64,000 nucleotides of DNA from an uncultured Candidatus Rokubacteria bacterium (GCA_963762145.1 CAVXJS010000009.1:768001-832000); one strand, 5' to 3'. Shown: positions 30,560 to 41,337, counted from the first letter of the stretch. A program made the numbers and translations. Notes: a model not told the origin generated them from the sequence alone.

Positions 30560-31957
30560 TCAGATGTGGATCGGGTGGCCGAGCGCGGCCAGGACCGCCT
30601 CGAACGCGGCCTCGGACAGGGTGGGATGGGCGTGCATGGTGTGGACGAACTCGTCCAGCGTGGCCTCGAGGGTCCGGCCGACCGCGAACTCGTGGATCAG
30701 CTCGGTGGCCTCGGGTCCGACGATGTGGACGCCGAGGATCTCGCCGGTGGCCTTGTCCGCCACCACCTTGACGAAGCCTTCGGTCTCGCCCTGCGCGACC
30801 GCCTTGCCGCTCGCGGTGAACGGGAACTTGCCGACCGCGATCTCGCGCCCTCCCGCGCGCGCCGCCGCCTCGGTGAGCCCGATGGACGCAACCTGAGGAT
30901 GGCAGTACGTGCAGGACGGCACGTTGCCGTAGTCCACCGGCCGCGGGGACTGGCCCGCGATCGCCTCCGCGGCCACGACGCCCTCCGCCATCGCCTTGTG
31001 GGCGAGGAGCTGGTGACCCGCCATGTCGCCGATGGCGTAGATGCCCTTGACCGACGTCTCCATGGCCGCCGACACCGTGACGAAGCCGCGCTCGGTCGCG
31101 ACACCCAGGGCCTCGAGCCCGAGCCCGCGCGTGCGCGCGCCGCGTCCCACCGCCATCAGCACCTGGTCGGCCTTGAGGGTCTCGGTCTTGCCCTCGGCCT
31201 CCACCTCCACCGAGACCCCGGCGCCGGTCGGCGTCACGCTCTTGACCTTCACGCCGGTGCGGATCGTGATCTCCCGCCGGGAGAAGAGCCGCGCGATCTG
31301 CGCGGACGCCTCCTCGTCCTCGATGGGCAGCACGCGCGGGAGCGCCTCCAGCACCGTCACCGCCGCGCCGTAGGCCGCGTAGACGTCCGCGAACTCGATG
31401 CCCACCGCGCCCGCGCCGATGACGATCAGTGAGCCGGGCCGGCCCTCGTTGGTGACCGCGCCGGTGGAGGAGACGATCCGCTTCTCGTCGATGGTGACGC
31501 CGGGCAGCGACTTCGGCTCGGACCCGGTGGCGAGGATGACCGCCCGTTTTGCTTCGAGCGTAGTCGCGCCGTCCTTGCCCGCGACCTCCACCACGCGGGC
31601 GCTCTTGAGCGTGCCCCGGCCGAGGAAGAGGGTGATCTTGTTCTTGCGGAAGAGGAACTCGACGCCCTTGGCCATGCGGTCGGCGACCTTGCGCGAGCGC
31701 TGCACCGCCTGCGCGTAGTCGGCCTTCCACTCGCCGACGGTGATGCCGAACTCCTTCGCCCGATTGAAGAGGCCGACGACCTCCGCGTTGCGGAGGAGCG
31801 CCTTGGTCGGGATGCAGCCCCAGTTGAGACAGACCCCACCCGGCCGGTCGTCCTCGACGGTGGCCACCGAGAGCCCGAGCTGCGCGCAGCGGATGGCGGC
31901 CACGTACCCGCCGGGGCCGGTACCCACCACCACGACGTCGAACGGCTGGGTGGCCAT
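30560..31957 (-). CDS. lpdA: dihydrolipoamide dehydrogenase (E3)
   Basis: GTGPGG, CLNWGCIP disulfide, GAGAVG and HPTLSE motifs. Confidence 0.96.
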   Translation of the reverse strand: MATQPFDVVVVGTGPGGYVAAIRCAQLGLSVATVEDDRPGGVCLNWGCIPTKALLRNAEVVGLFNRAKEFGITVGEWKADYAQAVQRSRKVADRMAKGVEFLFRKNKITLFLGRGTLKSARVVEVAGKDGATTLEAKRAVILATGSEPKSLPGVTIDEKRIVSSTGAVTNEGRPGSLIVIGAGAVGIEFADVYAAYGAAVTVLEALPRVLPIEDEEASAQIARLFSRREITIRTGVKVKSVTPTGAGVSVEVEAEGKTETLKADQVLMAVGRGARTRGLGLEALGVATERGFVTVSAAMETSVKGIYAIGDMAGHQLLAHKAMAEGVVAAEAIAGQSPRPVDYGNVPSCTYCHPQVASIGLTEAAARAGGREIAVGKFPFTASGKAVAQGETEGFVKVVADKATGEILGVHIVGPEATELIHEFAVGRTLEATLDEFVHTMHAHPTLSEAAFEAVLAALGHPIHI

Positions 31958-31960
31958 GGG

Positions 31961-33346
31961 CTAGACCAGGAGACGCAGGGGCTCTTCGAGCAGCCGCTTC
32001 ACGTCCTGCAGGAACCGCGCGCCCATCGCGCCGTCCATCACACGGTGATCACACGAGATCGTCAGCTTCATGCGGCGGCCCACGCGCAGCTCGCCGTCCT
32101 CCACCACCGGCTTCTGCAGCACCGAGCCCACCGCGAGGATCGCGCCCTCCGGCGGATTGATGATCGCCGAGAACTCCTCGACGTCGTACATGCCCAGGTT
32201 CGAGATCGAGAAGGTGGCCCCGGACATTTCCTGCGCTCGAAGCTTGCCTCCACGCGCTCGCTCGGCCAGGTCCCGCGACTCGACCGCGATGCGGGCCAGC
32301 GACTTCACGTCGCAGTCGCGGAGGACCGGGGTGATGAGGCCCTGGTCGAGCGCCACCGCGATGCCGATGTGGGCCCGGTGGTACACCCGGATGGCCTGGC
32401 CGTTGAGCTGCGCGTTGACGCCCGGGTTCTTGAGCAGGGCCAGCGCCACCGCCTTGATGACCATGTCGGTCACCGAGATCTTCGGCTGGCCGTCGAGCGC
32501 GTTCAGCTGCTCCCGCAGCGCCCACGCCTCGTCCATCGCGACCTCGGAGGTGACGTAGAAGTGCGGGACGGGCGCCTTCGACATCGGCATGCGCTTGGCG
32601 ATGGCCGCGCGCATCGGGGACATCGCCACGTCCTCGTACTCCGCCTCGGGCCGGGGCGGGATCACGAACTGCGGCCGCGCCGGGACGGCGGCCGGGCGCG
32701 GGGGGCCCGCCGGCTGGGGCGCGGCCGCGGGCCGCGGCGCCGCCTTCGCGGCCTCGACGTCGCGACGGATGATGCGTCCGCCGGGACCCGTGCCCTCGAT
32801 CAGCCGCAGGTCCACGCCGGTCTGGCCCGCGATCTTGCGGGCCAGCGGCGAGGCCTTCACCCGGCCGCCCGCCGGGCTCGGCGCCGCGACGGCAGGAGCC
32901 GGAGCCGCCGCGGCGGCCGGCGCCATCGGCACCACCGCGGTGGTGGCGGGCACGGACTGGTAGCTCTCCATCGCGGGTAGCGGACCGCTCGCGGCCGCCG
33001 GCGCCGCAGCGGGGGCGGGCGCGGACGGCTTGGCCGCGGGCGCCGGGGCGGCGGCCGCCGGCGCAGGAGCCGCGGGCTTCGCGGCCGCCATGCTCGAGAT
33101 GTCCTCGGTCGGGTCCGCGATCACGCCGATCATCTCGCCCACCGGTACCGTCCCGCCTTCCTCCACCACGATCTTGCGGAGGACGCCGGAGCCGAAGGCC
33201 TCGATCTCGACGTTGGCCTTGTCGGTCTCGACCTCCAGGAGGACGTCACCGCCCTTGATCACGTCGCCTTCCTTCTTCAGCCACTTGATGACCTTGCCGG
33301 TCTCCATGGCGTCGGACAGCTTCGGCATGAACACCTTCGTGATCAT
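31961..33346 (-). CDS. pdhC: dihydrolipoamide acetyltransferase (E2)
   Basis: Lipoyl domain ETDKA, Ala/Pro linker, E3-binding ASPLAR..GTGPGGRI, catalytic DHRVMDG. Start ATG 33346. Confidence 0.94.
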   Translation of the reverse strand: MITKVFMPKLSDAMETGKVIKWLKKEGDVIKGGDVLLEVETDKANVEIEAFGSGVLRKIVVEEGGTVPVGEMIGVIADPTEDISSMAAAKPAAPAPAAAAPAPAAKPSAPAPAAAPAAASGPLPAMESYQSVPATTAVVPMAPAAAAAPAPAVAAPSPAGGRVKASPLARKIAGQTGVDLRLIEGTGPGGRIIRRDVEAAKAAPRPAAAPQPAGPPRPAAVPARPQFVIPPRPEAEYEDVAMSPMRAAIAKRMPMSKAPVPHFYVTSEVAMDEAWALREQLNALDGQPKISVTDMVIKAVALALLKNPGVNAQLNGQAIRVYHRAHIGIAVALDQGLITPVLRDCDVKSLARIAVESRDLAERARGGKLRAQEMSGATFSISNLGMYDVEEFSAIINPPEGAILAVGSVLQKPVVEDGELRVGRRMKLTISCDHRVMDGAMGARFLQDVKRLLEEPLRLLV

Positions 33347-34323
33347 GCGTTGCACACCTGCCGGATCGCGGCCGCGATCTTGGCCTTCGACGGCGTCTTG
33401 AGCAGCTCCAGGTTCTTCGCGTAGGGCATCGGCGCGTTCTCGCCCGTGACCCGCAGGACGGGCGCGTCGAGGTCGTCGAAGGCGGTCTCGGTGATCTGGG
33501 CCGCGATCTCGGAGCCCATGCCCGCGAACCCCGCACCCGCCTCCAGCACCACCGCGCGATGCGTCTTCCGGACGGACCCGATGATGGTCTCGGTGTCCAT
33601 CGGACGCAGGGTCCGCGGATCCACGATCTCCACCGAGATCCCGTCCTTGGCCAGCTCCTCCGCGACCTCGAGGGCGCGGTACATCATGCCCATGTAGGCC
33701 ACCACCGTGACGTCGGTGCCCTCGCGACGGACCACCGCCTTGCCGAGCGGGATCAGGAAGTCCGGATCCTCCGGCACCTCGCCCTTGACCGCGTACAGCG
33801 TCTCGGCTTCGATGAAGATGACGGGGTTGTCGTCGCGGATGGCCGACTTCAGCAGCCCCTTCGCGTCGGCGGGCGTCGAGGGCCGCACCACCTTGAGTCC
33901 GGGCACGTGGTAGAAGTACGTCTCCATGGACTGGGAGTGCTGCGCGGCGAGCTGGGCCGCCGGGCCGCCGGGACCGCGGATCACGAGCGGAATATTGTAT
34001 TGCCCGCCCGACATGTAGCACATCTTGGCCGCCGAGTTGACGATCTGGTCGAGGGCCAGGATCGAGAAGTTGAACGTCATCATCTCGACCACCGGGCGGA
34101 GCCCCAGCATGGCCGAGCCGACGCCCACCCCGGTGAAGCCGGATTCGCAGATGGGCGTATCGATGATGCGCTTGTCGCCGAACTCCTTGAGCAGCCCCTG
34201 GGTCACCTTGTAGGCGCCGTCGTAGAGGCCGACCTCCTCGCCCATCACGAACACCCGCGGGTCCCGCCGCATCTCCTCGCGGAGCGCCAGGTTCAGCGCC
34301 TCCCGGTACGTCATGACCGCCAT
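33343..34323 (-). CDS. pdhB: pyruvate dehydrogenase E1 beta subunit
   Basis: MGEEVG.Y.GAYKVT, DTPICE and AQHSQ motifs. Confidence 0.95.
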   Translation of the reverse strand: MAVMTYREALNLALREEMRRDPRVFVMGEEVGLYDGAYKVTQGLLKEFGDKRIIDTPICESGFTGVGVGSAMLGLRPVVEMMTFNFSILALDQIVNSAAKMCYMSGGQYNIPLVIRGPGGPAAQLAAQHSQSMETYFYHVPGLKVVRPSTPADAKGLLKSAIRDDNPVIFIEAETLYAVKGEVPEDPDFLIPLGKAVVRREGTDVTVVAYMGMMYRALEVAEELAKDGISVEIVDPRTLRPMDTETIIGSVRKTHRAVVLEAGAGFAGMGSEIAAQITETAFDDLDAPVLRVTGENAPMPYAKNLELLKTPSKAKIAAAIRQVCNA

Positions 34324-34327
34324 GAGG

Positions 34328-35326
34328 TCAGTCCTTGTACACGTCGGTGAACAGCTCCGACGGCGGCGGCTCCGGCGAGGCCTCCGCGAAGGCCACCGCC
34401 TCGTCCGCGAGGTCGTTCACCGCCTTCTCGATGTTCCGGATGTCGACCTCGGTGAGGAGGCCGTCTTTCAGGCAGCGGTCGCTGAACAGCGCGATGGGAT
34501 CGCGCAGCTTCTCGCGCTCGACCTCTTCCTTGGTCCGGTAGACCGAGCCGGCCGGATCGCGCATCGAGTGGCCGCGGAACCGGTAGGTACGGGCCTCGAT
34601 GAGGGCGGGCATCTTGTCCCGCCGCGCCCGCTCGACCGCGCGGGCCACCACGTCGCGCACCGCGAGGACATCCATGCCGTCCACCGCCTCGCCGGGCATC
34701 CCGTAGGTCTCGGCGAAGCGCCAGATGTCGGTCTGGGAGAGGGCGCGATGGATCGCGGTGCCCATCGCGTAGCGATTGTTCTCGCAGATGAAGATCACCG
34801 GAAGCTTCCACAGGGCGGCCAGGTTCATGGACTCGTGGAACTCACCCTCCGGCACCGCCCCGTCGCCGAAGTAGCACAGCACCACCTGGTCGCCGCCCTG
34901 GTACTTGATGCCGAAGCCGGCCCCTGCCGCGAGCGGCAGGTGCGCGCCCACGATGCCGTGGCCGCCCAGGAAGTTGACGCTCTTGTCGAACAGGTGCATC
35001 GAGCCGCCCTTCCCCTTGCTGAGCCCGTCCATCCGGCCGAACAGCTCGGCCATGATCCGGCGCGGGTCGGACCCCTTGGCCAGGCAGTGCCCGTGCTCGC
35101 GGTAGGACGACACCGCGTAGTCGTCGACGCGCACCGTGGAGGTGGCGCCGACCGCAACCGCCTCCTGCCCGATATAGAGGTGGAGGAAGCCCCCGATCTT
35201 GCCCAGGGCGTACATCTCGGCCGCCTTCTCCTCGAAGCGCCGGATGAGCGCCATCTGCGTCAGCAGCCGCCGCGCCAGCTCCGCGTCGAGCCGGGTCTGG
35301 GCCACTGCGGTCTTGGTCTGCGCCAT
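34328..35326 (-). CDS. pdhA: pyruvate dehydrogenase E1 alpha subunit
   Basis: GFLHLYIGQEA, GKGGSMH, GDGA...NN TPP motif and YRFRGHSM. Confidence 0.96.
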   Translation of the reverse strand: MAQTKTAVAQTRLDAELARRLLTQMALIRRFEEKAAEMYALGKIGGFLHLYIGQEAVAVGATSTVRVDDYAVSSYREHGHCLAKGSDPRRIMAELFGRMDGLSKGKGGSMHLFDKSVNFLGGHGIVGAHLPLAAGAGFGIKYQGGDQVVLCYFGDGAVPEGEFHESMNLAALWKLPVIFICENNRYAMGTAIHRALSQTDIWRFAETYGMPGEAVDGMDVLAVRDVVARAVERARRDKMPALIEARTYRFRGHSMRDPAGSVYRTKEEVEREKLRDPIALFSDRCLKDGLLTEVDIRNIEKAVNDLADEAVAFAEASPEPPPSELFTDVYKD

Positions 35327-35382
35327 TCCGCTCCTCCTGGAAGCCTTCCCGTTCCCGCTGCTACCGTGAGCTTCTCTTCTTG

Positions 35383-35438
35383 TATTCGCTCGGCTCGATT
35401 CTCTATATCTGCTCGGCTCGCCTTCGGCTCACCTCGCC
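35383..35438. repeat. junction repeat family, copy 1 (half copy 35383-35397 plus full copy 35406-35438)
   Basis: TATTCGCTCGGCTCG, then TATCTGCTCGGCTCGCCTTCGGCTCACCTCGCC. Confidence 0.8.
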
Positions 35439-35497
35439 CTGCCACGGCTGCACCACAATCTTGCCGTTGCTTCTTCTCAACCGTCTACCGCCTCGCG

Positions 35498-35800
35498 CTA
35501 GCCGCGAAGGGTGCTCAGCTCGTCCACCGAGAGGCGGCGACGGAGCCGGAAGATCGTCACGATGATCGCGAGGCCCACCGCGACCTCGGCGGCGGCCACG
35601 CACAGCACGAAGAACACCAGGGCCTGACCATCGGTGGTGCCGTGCCGCTGGCCGAAGGCCACCAGGGCCACGTTCGCCGCGTTCAGCATGAGCTCGATGG
35701 ACATGAAGATCACCAGCGGGTTGCGCCGGATCAGGACCCCGAGCACGCCCATGGTGAACAGGACCGCAGACAGCGCGACGTAGTAGGACTCGGGAACCAT
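35498..35800 (-). CDS. nuoK: NADH-quinone oxidoreductase subunit K
   Basis: RRN, IELMLNA and [12 protein letters not shown] motifs. Confidence 0.96.
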   Translation of the reverse strand: MVPESYYVALSAVLFTMGVLGVLIRRNPLVIFMSIELMLNAANVALVAFGQRHGTTDGQALVFFVLCVAAAEVAVGLAIIVTIFRLRRRLSVDELSTLRG

Positions 35801-35801
35801 C

Positions 35802-36293
35802 CTACGCCCTGCGCTTGGTCAGCGCCATGACTCCCACGATGGCGGCGAGCAGCAACACCGAGGTGACCTCGAACGGGAACAGGTAGTCGGTGAAGAGCAC
35901 GCGCCCCACCGCGTCCGTCCCCCCCGGCAGGTGCGGCCGGGGCGGGCCCGCGAACACGGTCGAGCGCAGCACCACCGCGACGAGGATCAGGAACACCGCG
36001 GCGATCGGCACCGCCAGCCAGCGCTGCCGGCGGAGCGGATCGGGCCCGGTCTCCTCCTTGCCCGGGATCAGCACCATGATCGCGAAGACGAAGAGGACCG
36101 CGATGGCCCCCGCGTAGATGATGATCTGCACCGCGGCCAGGAACTCGGCCCGCATCGTCAGGAAGAGCCCGGCCACCGAGATCAGGTTGATCGCGAGGAA
36201 GAGCGCGCCGTGGATCGGGTTCCTCCGCAGCAGCATGCCCGCCCCGGAGCCGATCGCGAGCAGGGCCAGCACCGCGAACGTGAAGAGGCTCAC
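35802..36293 (-). CDS. nuoJ: NADH-quinone oxidoreductase subunit J
   Basis: [23 protein letters not shown] and YLFPFE motifs. GTG start. Confidence 0.93.
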   Translation of the reverse strand: MSLFTFAVLALLAIGSGAGMLLRRNPIHGALFLAINLISVAGLFLTMRAEFLAAVQIIIYAGAIAVLFVFAIMVLIPGKEETGPDPLRRQRWLAVPIAAVFLILVAVVLRSTVFAGPPRPHLPGGTDAVGRVLFTDYLFPFEVTSVLLLAAIVGVMALTKRRA

Positions 36294-36886
36294 CGGGGCC
36301 TCCGCGCGGGCGGGATCGGCACCGGCGAGGTTGGGACCCCGTTGGGCCCCGCCGGCTCGAGCGCGAGCAGCGTGTCCTTGGTGTAGACCATGCTCTGGCG
36401 GTCGTAGGCCGAGAACTCGAGGATGCCGGTGTCCATGCGGATGGCGTCCTCGGGACAGGCCTCCACGCAGTAGCCGCAGAACACGCACTTGCCCAGGTCG
36501 ATGTCGAACCGCTCGGGCACCTTCTCGATCTCGGGATTGGGGTGCTCGGTGGCCACGATGTAGATGCAGTGGGCCGGGCACACCGTCTCGCACATCATGC
36601 ACGCCACGCAGCGGGGCGAGCCGTCCTCCCGGCGCACCAGCCGGTGCAGGCTGCGCAGCCGTGGGGAGTAGGGCCGCCGCTCCTCGGGATACTGGATGGT
36701 GACCGACCCCCGCGCGCTCTTGACCCGGAAGACCACGTGCAGGGTGTGGCGCCCCATGTTGGCGAAGAAGTGCTTCGCGGTCAGGGCCAGCCCCACGAGC
36801 ACCTCGACCAGGTAGAACCGCTGGCGGAGGCCGAGGCGGCTCGAGTGCTTGGGATCGGCGGGCGTGTTGGTCGTCTGGTAGGCCAT
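36290..36886 (-). CDS. nuoI: NADH-quinone oxidoreductase subunit I
   Basis: TIQYPEE and two CxxCxxCxxxCP motifs. Confidence 0.95.
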   Translation of the reverse strand: MAYQTTNTPADPKHSSRLGLRQRFYLVEVLVGLALTAKHFFANMGRHTLHVVFRVKSARGSVTIQYPEERRPYSPRLRSLHRLVRREDGSPRCVACMMCETVCPAHCIYIVATEHPNPEIEKVPERFDIDLGKCVFCGYCVEACPEDAIRMDTGILEFSAYDRQSMVYTKDTLLALEPAGPNGVPTSPVPIPPARRPR

Positions 36887-36889
36887 GGC

Positions 36890-38014
36890 TCAGGGCTTCC
36901 CCACCGCCAGCAGCACGAGGCCGGTGACGAGGATGTTGAGGATCGACAGCGGGAAGAGGGCGAGCCAGCCGAGCCGCATCGCCTGGTCGTAGCGGAAGCG
37001 GGGCAGCGTCCACCGGATCAGCATGAGAAGCCAGAGCATCACGACGACCTTGGTGAGAAAGGCCCCGACCTGCATCCCCACCACCACCAGGTGCGGCAGC
37101 GCCACCGTCGCGCCCCAGGGGAATACGAAGCCGGAAGCCTGGAGATACGGGACCTGCCAGCCCCCCAGGAACAGCGCGGTGGTCATGCCCGAGATCACCA
37201 CCGTCTCCAGGAAGTCGGCCATCGCGAACATGCCGAACTTCATGCCGCTGTATTCCACGAAATACCCGATGATCTCCGACTCCCCTTCCGGGGTGTCGAA
37301 GGGAATCCGCTTGGTGGAGGCGATGCCCGCAGTCAGGAACAGGAAGAAGGCGAGGGGCTGAGTCAGGATGCCCCAGGCCGGAATCCAGTTTCCGAAGAGC
37401 TGCGGCAGCAGCGGCTGGCCCTGGCCGCGCGCGATGTCCTGCATGTTGAGCGAGCCATACACCATGACCACGCCCATGATCGAGGCGCCGATCGCGACCT
37501 CTGCCGAGATCATGAGAGCGGCCGCGCGCTGCCCGCCCAGGAGGGCGTAGTTGTTGGCCGAGGCCCAGCCCGCCATCATGAGGCCGTAGACGCCCAACGA
37601 GATCATGCCCAGGACATAGAGAATGCCCACGTTGAGCGTGACCGCCTGGAGCTGGATCTCGCGCCCGAGGATCTGCAGGGTGTCGCCGAACGGGATCGTC
37701 GCGAAGGCGGCCAGGCCGAAGAACACCGACACGAACGGGGCGAGCTTGAACATCAGCGTGTCCGCGCGCGCGGGGGTGAAGTCCTCCTTGGTCAGCATCT
37801 TCAACGCGTCGGCCAGCGGATGGAGCAGTCCCAGGACGCGGATGCGGAGACCGAACACGGAGATGGATGCGCGGTTGGCCCCGATCCGGTCCTGCATGAT
37901 CGCGGACTGCTTGCGCTCGACCCAGGTCAGGATCCCGCCGAAGTTCAGCACCACGAACATGACGAACCCGACCGGGATCGCCTGGAGCAGGAGATCGAGG
38001 GCGAGGCCGCTCAT
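36890..38014 (-). CDS. nuoH: NADH-quinone oxidoreductase subunit H
   Basis: ERK...QDRIG, ADALKML.KE, PFDTPEGESE and LPRFRYDQ motifs. Confidence 0.95.
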   Translation of the reverse strand: MSGLALDLLLQAIPVGFVMFVVLNFGGILTWVERKQSAIMQDRIGANRASISVFGLRIRVLGLLHPLADALKMLTKEDFTPARADTLMFKLAPFVSVFFGLAAFATIPFGDTLQILGREIQLQAVTLNVGILYVLGMISLGVYGLMMAGWASANNYALLGGQRAAALMISAEVAIGASIMGVVMVYGSLNMQDIARGQGQPLLPQLFGNWIPAWGILTQPLAFFLFLTAGIASTKRIPFDTPEGESEIIGYFVEYSGMKFGMFAMADFLETVVISGMTTALFLGGWQVPYLQASGFVFPWGATVALPHLVVVGMQVGAFLTKVVVMLWLLMLIRWTLPRFRYDQAMRLGWLALFPLSILNILVTGLVLLAVGKP

Positions 38015-39609
38015 GCCTTCACCACGAGGCCCGCGTCGCCCAACGCCCGGTAGGTCATGCCCGCGAACGCCGGGACCTGACCAGCGAGCGCGGTGAAGAC
38101 CTGCTCGGCCCGGGTCGCGACCAGGGCCGGATCCGCCGCACCCAGGGCGCGGCCCAGCCGGCCGAGGATGTCCCAGTCCGCCGCCGCGTCGCCCAGGGGC
38201 TCCACCACGGTGCGGAAGCGCTGTACCCGCCCCTGGAAATTCGTGAAGGTTCCCTCGCGCTCGACGTAGGCCGCGCTGGGCAGCACGAGGTGCGCCCCCG
38301 CGCTGGTGCCGTTCGCGCTCGGGCCCTGGAACACCACCATCTCGGCGGCGGCCAGCGCCGCGGTCACGTCCGCCACCGGCAGGCCGGACTCGAGGAGATC
38401 GTGCTGGAAGATCCACAGCAGCTTGATCCGCCGCTGCCGCGCGCCGTCGAGGATCCCGGCGGTCTCGCCCTGGGTGAGCCCGATCAGCTCGGCGCCGCGA
38501 CGATTGGGGTTCTTGTCGGCCCGGATCAGGAGGTCGTCGTCCTCGCCGGGCACGCGCGGTGGCACCCGATGGTCCACCGCCCGGACGCCGAGCTGATCGG
38601 CGATCCGCTGCAGCGCGAACAGGTCCTCGTTGGACATCTGGGGCGAGGCCAGGATCCCGATCTCCTCCGGCCGGTAGCGCCGGAGCGCGCCCGCGAGGTC
38701 CGCGACCGCTTCGTCCCAGCCGAGCTGGACGTCGGTGCCGCCCGCGCGCCGTACCGGCGAGAGGAGGCGACTGTCGTCGTCGATCCAGCGGAAGCCGTAG
38801 CGGCCCTCGTCGCAGATCCACCACAGGTTCACGTCGGGGTTGTGGCGCGGCTTGATGCGCGCGATCCGGCGGCCCTGGTTGTGGTGGAGCCGCCGCCGGC
38901 TGTTGTGCACCTCGATGTTGCAGCCCCGCGCGCACCCGTTGCAGACCGAGCGGGCGGTGTCGAGGTACCACACCCGGACCTGGAAGCGGAACTCCCGGTC
39001 GGTGAGCGCGCCCACCGGGCAGATGTCGATGACGTTGCCCGAGTAATTGTTCTCGAGCGTCTTGCCCGGGAAGAGCCCGATCTCCGAGTGGTCCCCCCGG
39101 TTGAAGATGCCGAGCTCGCCGGTGCCGGTCACCTCGTCGCAGAACCGCACGCAGCGCGAGCAGAGGATGCAGCGCTCCGCGTCCAGGATGACGTGGGGCC
39201 CGAGCGGGACCGCCTTCGGCTTGTGGACCTTCTCGTCCGTCATCCGCGGGTCGTAGAGCCCGTGCCGCATGTAGTAGATCTGCAGCCAGCACTCGCCCGC
39301 CTGGTCGCACACCGGGCAGTCGAGCGGGTGATTGACGAGGTGGAACTCCATGATGGACTTGCGGGTCTCGAGCACGCGCTCGGTCCGGGTGTGGACGACC
39401 ATCCCGTCGGCGGCCTGGGTGTTGCAGCCGATCTGCGGGCGCGGGTTCTTCTCGATGTCCACCATGCAGAGCCGACACTGGCCCGCGATGCTGAGCCCGG
39501 GGTGATAGCAGTAGTGCGGCACCTCGGAGCCGGCCTGCCGGGCCGCCTCGATGAGGTTGGTGCCCGGGGCGACCTCGACTTCCTTGCCGTCGATCGTGAG
39601 CTTAGGCAT
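38011..39609 (-). CDS. nuoG: NADH-quinone oxidoreductase subunit G (short form, 532 aa)
   Basis: PHYCYH...CRLC, HPLDCPVCDQAGEC, CILCSRC, CPVGAL and CNGCARGC motifs. Confidence 0.93.
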   Translation of the reverse strand: MPKLTIDGKEVEVAPGTNLIEAARQAGSEVPHYCYHPGLSIAGQCRLCMVDIEKNPRPQIGCNTQAADGMVVHTRTERVLETRKSIMEFHLVNHPLDCPVCDQAGECWLQIYYMRHGLYDPRMTDEKVHKPKAVPLGPHVILDAERCILCSRCVRFCDEVTGTGELGIFNRGDHSEIGLFPGKTLENNYSGNVIDICPVGALTDREFRFQVRVWYLDTARSVCNGCARGCNIEVHNSRRRLHHNQGRRIARIKPRHNPDVNLWWICDEGRYGFRWIDDDSRLLSPVRRAGGTDVQLGWDEAVADLAGALRRYRPEEIGILASPQMSNEDLFALQRIADQLGVRAVDHRVPPRVPGEDDDLLIRADKNPNRRGAELIGLTQGETAGILDGARQRRIKLLWIFQHDLLESGLPVADVTAALAAAEMVVFQGPSANGTSAGAHLVLPSAAYVEREGTFTNFQGRVQRFRTVVEPLGDAAADWDILGRLGRALGAADPALVATRAEQVFTALAGQVPAFAGMTYRALGDAGLVVKA

Positions 39610-40852
39610 CGCGCGGGATCAAGGCCTCGAATTCCTCGCGGAACTTCTCGATGTAGCTGACGTAGGGGCCGACCGCGCCGTCGTAGAAGGCGCAGATCGT
39701 GGTGCCGGCGCCGCGCTTGGCCACGTCCAGGATCGTGTCGAGGTCCTCCTTGCGTCCCTTCCCCTCCACGATCCGGTGGCTGATCTTGTAGATCCAGCCG
39801 GTGGACTCGCGGCAGGGCGTGCACTGCCCGCACGACTCGTGCGCGTAGAAGCGCGCCACCACCATCAGGGCCTCCGGGATCGAGACCGTCTCGTCCATCA
39901 CGATCACGCCCGCGGAGCCGATCATGCTGCCGACCGCCTTGAGGCCGTCCGCGTCCATGCTCACGTCGATCTCGTCCGCGGTGAGGATCGGGGCGGAGGA
40001 GCCGCCCGGCACCACCGCCTTCAGCCGTCGCCCGTCGCGGATGCCGCCGCAGTGGTCGTAGATGAGGGAGCGCAGGGTCACCGACACCGACGCCTCCACC
40101 ATCCCGGGCTTCACCACGTGGCCCGACACCGAGTAGAGCCGCGTGCCGCCCTGGGTCTTGGTACCGAGCCCGGCGAACCACTCCGCGCCCCGATTGATGA
40201 TGTGGGGCACCGCCGCGATGGTCTCCACGTTGTTCACGATGGTGGGCTGGCCGAAGGCGCCCTTGATGGCGGGGAACGGCGGCTTGATCTTGGGCCAGCC
40301 CTTCTTGCCTTCGAGCGACGACAGCAGGCCCGTCTCCTCGCCGCAGATGTAGGCCCCGGCGCCCCGGTGCACCACGATGTCGAAGTCGAAGCCCGAGCCC
40401 TGGATGTTCCGGCCCAGCAGCCCCGCGTCGTATGCTTCCTTCACCGCCCCGCTGAACACCTGCCACGGGTTCACGTACTCGCCCCGGATGTAGACGAAGC
40501 CCACGTGCGAGTCGATCGCCCGCGCCGCGATGATCATGCCCTCGATCAGGGCGTGGGGATCGCGCTCGAGCAGGTAGCGGTCCTTGAACGTGCCCGGCTC
40601 ACCCTCGTCCGCGTTGATCACGAGGTACTTCGGCGCCGTCGAGCCCTTGGGGATGAAGCTCCACTTCATGCCGGTCGGGAACGCGGCGCCGCCGAGGCCG
40701 CGGAGGTTGGACTTCTTCACCTCCTCGGTGATGGCGGCGGGCTCCATCTGCAACGCCTTGGGCAGCGCGGTGTACCCGCCGGTCTCCCGGTAGACGCCCA
40801 GGGTGTGCGAGCTCGGCCGGTCGAAGTTGCGGGTGAAGATCAGCTCGGCCAT
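39602..40852 (-). CDS. nuoF: NADH-quinone oxidoreductase subunit F
   Basis: LRGLGGAAFPTG, NADEGEPG, YICGEETG and ESCGQCTPCR motifs. Confidence 0.96.
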   Translation of the reverse strand: MAELIFTRNFDRPSSHTLGVYRETGGYTALPKALQMEPAAITEEVKKSNLRGLGGAAFPTGMKWSFIPKGSTAPKYLVINADEGEPGTFKDRYLLERDPHALIEGMIIAARAIDSHVGFVYIRGEYVNPWQVFSGAVKEAYDAGLLGRNIQGSGFDFDIVVHRGAGAYICGEETGLLSSLEGKKGWPKIKPPFPAIKGAFGQPTIVNNVETIAAVPHIINRGAEWFAGLGTKTQGGTRLYSVSGHVVKPGMVEASVSVTLRSLIYDHCGGIRDGRRLKAVVPGGSSAPILTADEIDVSMDADGLKAVGSMIGSAGVIVMDETVSIPEALMVVARFYAHESCGQCTPCRESTGWIYKISHRIVEGKGRKEDLDTILDVAKRGAGTTICAFYDGAVGPYVSYIEKFREEFEALIPRDA

Positions 40853-41337
40853 CAGGAGAGCCCGTCCAGGATGCGGTCCACCTTCTCCGGCGTGAGCAGC
40901 CCCTCGTAGCGGTCGTCCACCTGCATCATCGGCGCCGCCTCGCACGCGCAGAGGCATTCCACCGTGAGCAGCGTGATGCGGCCGTCCGCGGTGGTCTCGC
41001 CCACCTCGACGCCCAGGCGTCGGGTCAGGTGCTCGACGATGGACTTGGAGCCGAGGAGGTGGCAGGAGAGGTTGTGGCAGACCGAGACCACGTGGCGGCC
41101 CGTCGGCTGCTGGAAGAAGAGCGTGTAGAAGGTGACGACCTCGTGCACGTGGGCCGGCGACATCTCGAACAGGCCGGCCACGTACTCCTCCACCTCGAGC
41201 GACACGTAGCCGAAGACCTCCTGGGCCAGACGCAGCACGGGTAGCAGCGCGCCCTGCTTGTCCGGGTAGAGGGCCTGGAGGCGGCGGACTTCTTGTAGCT
41301 GTTCTGCCGTGAACTCAGGCCGCTTTGGGTCAGCCAT
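40852..41337 (-). CDS. nuoE: NADH-quinone oxidoreductase subunit E
   Basis: VVTFY and CHNLSC...ECLCAC 2Fe-2S motif. Confidence 0.94.
   Translation of the reverse strand: MADPKRPEFTAEQLQEVRRLQALYPDKQGALLPVLRLAQEVFGYVSLEVEEYVAGLFEMSPAHVHEVVTFYTLFFQQPTGRHVVSVCHNLSCHLLGSKSIVEHLTRRLGVEVGETTADGRITLLTVECLCACEAAPMMQVDDRYEGLLTPEKVDRILDGLS

Noticed and set aside
32640-33090. Low-complexity GC repeats in pdhC (also the PBP tail at about 6380-6497)
   Set aside because: They encode ordinary Ala/Pro-rich linkers.
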